Shown here one piece after another: positions 29,879-35,595 of a stretch of DNA of 35,595 nt. The number at the start of each line of letters is the position of its first letter. Positions within the stretch are counted from its first letter, which is position 1. This stretch comes from an uncultured Campylobacter sp. (GTDB lineage Bacteria > Campylobacterota > Campylobacteria > Campylobacterales > Campylobacteraceae), in NCBI RefSeq assembly GCF_938045535.1, contig NZ_CALIMQ010000004.1, forward strand, positions 1-35,595, given 5' to 3'. The translations under genes were made by a program, and so were the position numbers. The notes under the pieces are model-generated. The model ran no database searches, was not told where the DNA came from, and saw nothing but the letters and a program-made list of their open reading frames with translations.

Positions 29879-31807
29879 ATGTCGAGCGAGCAGCTAAGTA
29901 AAATTTCAAACACGATCAAATTTCTAAGCGCGGATATGATCCAAAGCGCTAACTCGGGCCATCCCGGCACGCCGATGGGGCTAAGCGACGTAATGAGCGT
30001 CTTTATGAGCAAGGTCCGCCACAATCCCAAAAATCCCGCGTGGCTGAACCGCGACCGCGTCGTATTCTCAGGCGGGCACGCAAGCGCGCTGGTGTATAGT
30101 TACCTCTACCTTAGCGGATATGATTTGAGCATGGACGATCTCAAAAGCTTCAGGCGCCTGCACTCCAAAACCCCGGGCCACCCGGAGATCACTACCCCGG
30201 GCGTCGAGATCGCTACCGGACCGCTCGGACAGGGCGTCGCAAACGCAGTCGGATTTGCGATGGCCGCAAAATACGCCGCATATCTGCTCAACGAGGAGGG
30301 CAACGAGATCATCGATCACCGCGTCTATTGCTTCTGCGGCGACGGCGATCTGCAGGAGGGCATCAGCTACGAAGCGTGCGCGCTTGCGGGCAGACACAAC
30401 CTCGACAATCTTACGATAATTTATGATTCTAACGGCATCACGATCGACGGTAGCACCGATATCGCATGGTTTGAGGACGTAAAGGTGCGATTTGAAGCGC
30501 AAGGCTTCGAGGTCGCGCGCATCGACGGGCATAATTTCGATCAGATAGAATTCGTCCTTGACGAGGTCAAAAACAAAACCAAACCCTACCTCATCATCGC
30601 AAACACCACGATCGGCAAGGGCGCACTAGAGCTTGAGGGCAGGGCTAAGACGCACGGCGCTCCGCTTGGAGAGGAGCTGCTTGCGCGCGCTAAGCAAAGT
30701 CTAGGCTTTGATCCCGCCCAAAGCTTCGTCGTAAGCGAGGACGTGCTTTTTGAAACGCGCGCTGCAGTCGAAAAGGGCGATTTGGAAGAGCGGCTTTGGA
30801 AGGAGAAGCTCGCAAAGCTAAGCGATGAAAAAAGAGCGCTTCTAAACGAGCTTTTAAATCCCGATTTTAGCAAGATAGAATTTCCCGATTTTAGCGGGCT
30901 TAAGGTCGCTACGCGCGATAGCAACGGTAAAATTTTAAACGCTATCGCAAACGCAGTGCCCGGCTTTTTAGGCGGAAGCGCCGATTTGGCGGCGTCTAAT
31001 AAGACCGAGCTAAAAGGCGGTGGCGACTTTCCGTGCGGCAAAAATTTACACTTCGGCATCCGCGAGCACGCGATGGCGGCGATCGGCAACGCCTTTGCTA
31101 GATACGGGCTTTTCATCCCGTTCAGCGCGACGTTTTTTATCTTTAGCGACTATCTAAAAACGGGCGCGCGACTCGCGGCGCTGATGGGCTTGCGCCACTA
31201 TTTCGTCTTCACGCACGACAGCATCGGCGTGGGCGAGGACGGGCCGACGCACGAGCCTATCGAGCAGCTTAGCACCTTCCGCGCAATGCCCGGCTTCTAC
31301 ACCTTCCGCCCCGCAGACGGTAACGAAAACGTAAAATGCTGGCGCGCGGCGCTCACTCTAAATGCCCCCGCGGCGTTCGTCTGCTCGCGCCAAGGGCTTG
31401 AGCCGCTGCCTAAGGCGGTTTTGGGCGACGTGCAAAACGGCGCGTATCTGCTAAGGCAGAGCAAAGAGGCGCAGATCACGCTCATCGCAAGCGGCAGCGA
31501 AGTCTCGCTCTGCCTAAAAGCGGCGGCGATCCTACAAGAGCAAGGCATCGGCGCAAACGTCGTAAGCGCGCCGTGCTTCGAGCTTTTGTGCGAGCAGGAT
31601 GCTGATTATCTGACGCAAATCCTAGAGCCGCAAACTAAAATTTTAGCCGTCGAGGCTGCAAGCGCGCTTGAATGGTATAAATTTGCAGACGCGGTACACG
31701 GCATGCAAAGCTTCGGCGAGAGCGGCAACGCGAGCGAGCTGTTTAAGCTTTTCGGCTTCACCGACGTCGCGATCGCAAAAGAAGCAAGGGGGCTTTTAGA
31801 GCAGTAG
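29879..31807 (+). CDS. tkt: Transketolase
   Basis: SGHPG, RDRVVFSGGH, TGPLGQG, GDGDLQEG TPP motif, GIREHAM, GEDGPTH. Confidence 0.97.
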   Translation: MSSEQLSKISNTIKFLSADMIQSANSGHPGTPMGLSDVMSVFMSKVRHNPKNPAWLNRDRVVFSGGHASALVYSYLYLSGYDLSMDDLKSFRRLHSKTPGHPEITTPGVEIATGPLGQGVANAVGFAMAAKYAAYLLNEEGNEIIDHRVYCFCGDGDLQEGISYEACALAGRHNLDNLTIIYDSNGITIDGSTDIAWFEDVKVRFEAQGFEVARIDGHNFDQIEFVLDEVKNKTKPYLIIANTTIGKGALELEGRAKTHGAPLGEELLARAKQSLGFDPAQSFVVSEDVLFETRAAVEKGDLEERLWKEKLAKLSDEKRALLNELLNPDFSKIEFPDFSGLKVATRDSNGKILNAIANAVPGFLGGSADLAASNKTELKGGGDFPCGKNLHFGIREHAMAAIGNAFARYGLFIPFSATFFIFSDYLKTGARLAALMGLRHYFVFTHDSIGVGEDGPTHEPIEQLSTFRAMPGFYTFRPADGNENVKCWRAALTLNAPAAFVCSRQGLEPLPKAVLGDVQNGAYLLRQSKEAQITLIASGSEVSLCLKAAAILQEQGIGANVVSAPCFELLCEQDADYLTQILEPQTKILAVEAASALEWYKFADAVHGMQSFGESGNASELFKLFGFTDVAIAKEARGLLEQ

Positions 31808-31822
31808 CGGAAAGGGTAAAAT

Positions 31823-32247
31823 TTGAGCGAAAAAATCAAAATTTCGTATTTAGACGGATTTATAAAATTTATGGGTTAAAAGCCCGCACGAAAAATGCGG
31901 ACGAGCTAGGCGGGAGTGGTAAAATTCCCGCGCTGTGGGCGAAATTTATGAAAGAGTGCTATGACGGGCAGAGCGAGATTTACGGCATCTATTACGATTA
32001 CGAAAACGGCGCCGACGGACTTTACGATATCTTTATCGGCACCAAAGCGCCCCGCAGCGACGAAGCCTTGGAGATCAAAAGCGGCAAATACGCCGTTTTT
32101 AGTTTCCCAAATGAGCCGCAAAACGTAGCAAAATTTTGGAGCAAAATTTGGAGCTTTTTTGAGGTGGGCGAACTAAAAAGAGCGTTTGGAACGGATTTTG
32201 AATTTTACGGCGGAGACGAGATCAAAATTTTTATCTCGGTTTTGTAG
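31823..32247 (+). pseudogene. GyrI-like effector-binding protein, frameshifted near codon 13
   Basis: TTG 31823 (AAAGGG SD) MSEKIKISYLDGF, then after a shift at ~31862-63 KIYGLKARTKNADELGGSGKIPALWAKFMKE...IYGIYYDYE...GKYAVF...RAFGTDFEFY. Confidence 0.75.
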
Positions 32248-32541
32248 GGCGGCGCATGAAATTTATAAACGGCGAGTGATTTTTCGCCGCCGCGACGATA
32301 TGCTTTTGCGTAAAATTTCATCCATAAAGCGGTAAAATTCCGTGCCCAAAACTATGCGCGAAAGCAAATTTTATGCCCAAAGCCGCGCCGGGTCGTACCT
32401 TAAGCCATAGATTTAAAACGAAATCTAAATTTGCGCCGTTAAATTTCAACCCCCGCCCGCAAAATCAGGCAAAATTTCGCGCGGAATTTCATTTTTAAAT
32501 CTGTTATTAAGCCATTTTTGGCTTAAATTACATTTTCATTC

Positions 32542-32629
32542 GGGTAGATGTCCGAGCGGTCGAAGGAGCGCGCCTCGAAAGCGCGTAAGGCGTCAGCCTT
32601 CTGGGGTTCGAATCCCTATCTACCCGCCA
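32542..32629 (+). tRNA. tRNA-Ser (anticodon CGA)
   Basis: Acceptor GGGTAGA/TCTACCC, discriminator G + CCA, anticodon stem CGCGC/GCGCG with loop CT-CGA-AA, long variable arm AAGG..CCTT, T loop GTTCGAATC; 88 nt. Confidence 0.95.
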
Positions 32630-32663
32630 TTCATTCGAATTTCACCCAACACTCGGGAGCTAG

Positions 32664-33212
32664 ATGAGCAATAAACTCCTTTCAATGAGCCTGCAAGAGC
32701 TGTGGCGGCTCTTTCCGATACGTCTCGTGCCGCACGATCCGCGCTGGGGCGAATACTTTAGGCAGGAGCGCGAAATTCTGCGCGACCTGCTGCAAGATCA
32801 TGGCGAGATCAAGATCCACCATATCGGCAGCACCGCGGTAAGCGGGATCTGTGCGAAGCCGATCGTAGATATTTTGATCGAGTGCTCGGATATTGCCGCC
32901 GCCAAGCAGCGCCTGATAGAGGCGGGCTATCTGCTAATGAACGAAAGCGAGAGCCGCTGCAGCCTAAATAAGGGCTACACCGAAGCGGGGTTTGCCGAGC
33001 GCGTTTTTCATGTGCATCTGCGAAATTTCGGCGATACAGATGAGACATTTTTTAGAGATTTTTTGCGGGCGAATGCGGATATCGCCGCGCAGTACGAGGC
33101 GCTTAAATTAGAGCTTTGCAAGCGCTTCGAGTTCGACCGCGACGCCTATACTGCGGCGAAAAGCGAATTTGTGCTTAAATTTACGCGCATCGCTAAAGAA
33201 AATTCGAAATAA
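32664..33212 (+). CDS. GrpB family (UPF0157) nucleotidyltransferase-like protein
   Basis: IHHIGSTAVSGICAKPIVDI, FHVH, FRDFLR, YEALKLEL...DRDAYTAAKSEF. Confidence 0.92.
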   Translation: MSNKLLSMSLQELWRLFPIRLVPHDPRWGEYFRQEREILRDLLQDHGEIKIHHIGSTAVSGICAKPIVDILIECSDIAAAKQRLIEAGYLLMNESESRCSLNKGYTEAGFAERVFHVHLRNFGDTDETFFRDFLRANADIAAQYEALKLELCKRFEFDRDAYTAAKSEFVLKFTRIAKENSK

Positions 33213-34019
33213 CCATGCAAATTTATCATCTGTGCAAGAAGTCTCTTGCGCAGAATTTTTATTAAGAATTTGGCGTTTAAAATGGTTTCGGATCATACCG
33301 CGCATGGGGCTTTCACGTAGAATTTTAATCGCGGCTTGGAATTTTATCGCGTATCTTTTCACTTCATTTAAGCCGGTACGGCATCGATTTGGTTTTACTT
33401 TCCTTAATTTTATCGCGCGCCTCCGCGCCCCTGCGTCCTTCAAAATTCCATACCTGCAATCGATTTGAGCACTTGTATATCGCGCTGCTAGAAGCTAGGC
33501 CATGGAAAAGTTGAGTTCTATCACTAGCGTATATCCTTCTCTGAGGTCTGCGCACAGATCGCGCTATCTGACAGGCGTATCAAATCATCTATAAAATGGC
33601 TGCTCTTTGCCGCGGCTGTCGTAAAATTTCGCCGCCGATATGTATCGCCAAGAGCGATAAAAATGGCTAAATTTTATAAACGAAACGGGCGGATAGCGCC
33701 GCACCTTACAGGCTAATTTCTATAAATTTTGACCGTAATTTCAAATTTAAGAGGCGGCCGTCCAGCTATCGACAGATAAAATTTTACAAATCCAGCTAGC
33801 GGCAAAGTCGTCCATAAAATGCGCCGTATCATTGCATCACACCAAGGCTAAGGCTCATACCCGCGCTTCTATGCAAATTTAAATTTAAAAGCCTATGCGC
33901 CGCAAATTTTAAATATCTCGCTAAAACATCGGCTCATATACTCGCTAAATTTAAAGCTGCAAAATTTTAAATTCCTCGCCGCTAACCAGCCGCGTAAATT
34001 CCACGCCGAGCGCTTAAAT

Positions 34020-35105
34020 TTAATGATCGCTCTTTAGCCCCGCGCCGCAAAGCGGGATGATGCTATCTCCTTGCAGATCGCAGCTTTCTTTGTAGCGCAG
34101 ATATGCCGCGTAGGTAGCCGCGGTCGTGTGCTCGACGTAAAATCCGCCGCGCGCAAGAGCCGCTCTAGCAGGCAGTATGTCGCTCTCGCTCGCTAAGATC
34201 ACCTCGCGCTCGCCCGCGTAGCTAGAGCCGAGAATTTCGCCCGCACGCATCGGTCTTGCAATCGCGATGCCCTCCGCCAGCGTCGGCTGCGGTTCTATCA
34301 TACGCGCCGCACCTTTAGCGTCAAAAAGCGGAGCGCAACGCTCGCCCTGAACGATGAAAATTTTTGGCAGCGCCTCGATAAGACCGCCCTCATATAGCTC
34401 GCCCAGCGCCGCTTGAGCGCCCAGCAGCAGCGTACCGTTGCCCACGGGGATGAAGATATTGCGCGGCACCCTGCCCAGCTGCTCGTAGATCTCATAAACG
34501 TAGCTCTTCGTGCCCTCGTAAAAGATCGGATTATAAACGTGGTTAGCGTAATAAATTTGATCATCCGCGGCCTTTTTGCGGCACGCATCCGCCGTTTCGT
34601 CGCGGCTGCCGTCAGACACCGTGACGTGCGCGCCGTGGCTTTTAATCATATCGATCTTTTTAGGCGACGTGCCCTTCGGAACGTAAATTTCGCACTCGAT
34701 GCCCGCGCGAGCGCAGTACGCCGCCACGGCATTGCCCGCGTTGCCGCTGGAGTCTTGCAGGACTTTTTTTACGCCGATATTTTTGGCGTGCAGCACCAAA
34801 ACCGCCGCGCCGCGGTCTTTGAACGAAAGCGTAGGCATCGCGTAATCGAGCTTGAGGTAAAGTTCTTCGCCGAATTTCACGCTCGCCGTAAGCCCCTCGC
34901 CCATCGAAATTTCTCTAAATTTAGCCGTGTCGATACCCATAAACCTGCGGTATCTAAAGATGTTAAACTCGCTTTGATCTACGAGCGCAGGGTTAAATTT
35001 GAGCGCATCGGAGTTTAGCTTATACAGCCCGCCGCAGCCGCATTTATAGCTCAAAGTATCGATGGCCGCGTGCTTACCGCAGCCCGTGCAGATGAAATCG
35101 CTCAT
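34020..35105 (-). CDS. Threonine-synthase-like PLP-dependent enzyme (fold type II, short form with N-terminal Zn-ribbon)
   Basis: Start MSDFICTGCG..CGCGG at 35105 (AGGAG SD), SMGEGLT, PTLSFKDRG (PLP Lys), DSSGNAG, PVGNGTLL. Confidence 0.88.
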   Translation of the reverse strand: MSDFICTGCGKHAAIDTLSYKCGCGGLYKLNSDALKFNPALVDQSEFNIFRYRRFMGIDTAKFREISMGEGLTASVKFGEELYLKLDYAMPTLSFKDRGAAVLVLHAKNIGVKKVLQDSSGNAGNAVAAYCARAGIECEIYVPKGTSPKKIDMIKSHGAHVTVSDGSRDETADACRKKAADDQIYYANHVYNPIFYEGTKSYVYEIYEQLGRVPRNIFIPVGNGTLLLGAQAALGELYEGGLIEALPKIFIVQGERCAPLFDAKGAARMIEPQPTLAEGIAIARPMRAGEILGSSYAGEREVILASESDILPARAALARGGFYVEHTTAATYAAYLRYKESCDLQGDSIIPLCGAGLKSDH

Positions 35106-35113
35106 TTTCGCTC

Positions 35114-35500
35114 CTATTTTCTTTCTTTGATTTTTGCGACGGCCTCGATCTCTACGAGGCAACCGAAGTGTAGAGCCGTAGTCGGCACCACGACGCGAGC
35201 GGGCTTGTGCGCGCCGAAAAACAGCGCATACTGCTCGTCGATCACGTCCCAGTTCGCGACATCGGGTGTATAGACGCGGCACATCCGCACGTCGCCTTTA
35301 TCCGCACCTGCGGCGGCGAGCACTGCCGCAACGTTGCTTAGAGCCTGCGCGGTTTGCTCAGCAAGACCCTCCGGGATGGCTTCCGTGTGCGGATCCACGC
35401 TTAGCTGCCCCGAGACATAGAGCGTACCGTCGTCATCTAGGATGCCCGGCGCATAATGCGCCTTTTTCGGCGCGAAGCCAGTTGGATAAATCTCTTTCAT
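35114..35500 (-). CDS. RidA/YjgF family imine deaminase
   Basis: HYAPG, LYVSGQ, QALSNV, KPAR (catalytic Arg), LVEIEAVA. Confidence 0.93.
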   Translation of the reverse strand: MKEIYPTGFAPKKAHYAPGILDDDGTLYVSGQLSVDPHTEAIPEGLAEQTAQALSNVAAVLAAAGADKGDVRMCRVYTPDVANWDVIDEQYALFFGAHKPARVVVPTTALHFGCLVEIEAVAKIKERK

Positions 35501-35595
35501 TTAAGCTCCTTTGCATATAAAATTTTATATAATTTTACTCTAAATTTATTAAAAATATATAACTATTTCTATAAATTCGCAAAAATTTTAAAATT

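Noticed and set aside
33108..33555. ORFs downstream of GrpB (33169-33468 and others)
   Set aside because: No SD, atypical composition and mutually overlapping; not supportable as genes.
35106..35282. N-terminal extension of the PLP enzyme in the ORF track
   Set aside because: It overlaps ridA in another frame; the SD-led ATG at 35105 is the better start.
618..35520. Numerous antisense/alternate-frame ORFs in the track (e.g. 11558-12481, 13588-14052, 30586-31116, 34413-35018)
   Set aside because: They are shadows of well-supported genes on the opposite strand, with no recognisable motifs or SD.
32600..35595. tRNA-anchored genomic island or prophage
   Set aside because: No integrase and no duplicated tRNA 3' end (att site) were seen in the window.

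Overview
Campylobacter-type (epsilonproteobacterial) chromosomal window. The gene order matches Campylobacter, and the GC-rich codon usage suggests a GC-rich species of the C. gracilis/rectus/showae type (inference). Most of it is housekeeping: queH-fabZ-lpxA-clpX-mreB-mreC-carB (- strand, followed by the start of a type I R-M hsdM), a DUF748/AsmA-like envelope protein, dapB-purF, infA-rpmJ-rpsM-rpsK-rpsD-rpoA-rplQ, and nifU-murE-panD-ybaB-ispA-tkt. Between these are small accessory genes: DUF488, di-Mop, two flavodoxin-fold oxidoreductases, bcp, a zinc peptidase, an L,D-transpeptidase, GrpB, and RidA plus a threonine-synthase-like PLP enzyme. There are three apparent pseudogenes and one tRNA-Ser(CGA). 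No CRISPR array, IS transposase, integrase or prophage is visible. The most interesting signals are non-coding: (1) a three-way-junction leader before rpmJ whose loop can pair with the rpmJ ribosome-binding region; (2) heavy, structured use of the RAATTY motif, including a ~13-bp-periodic array, terminator arms and sites next to Shine-Dalgarno sequences; (3) a tRNA-Ser with a GGA-isoacceptor-like body but a CGA anticodon; (4) a ~215-nt highly self-complementary orphan element upstream of bcp. All counts and pairings were made by eye, and no database searches were run.
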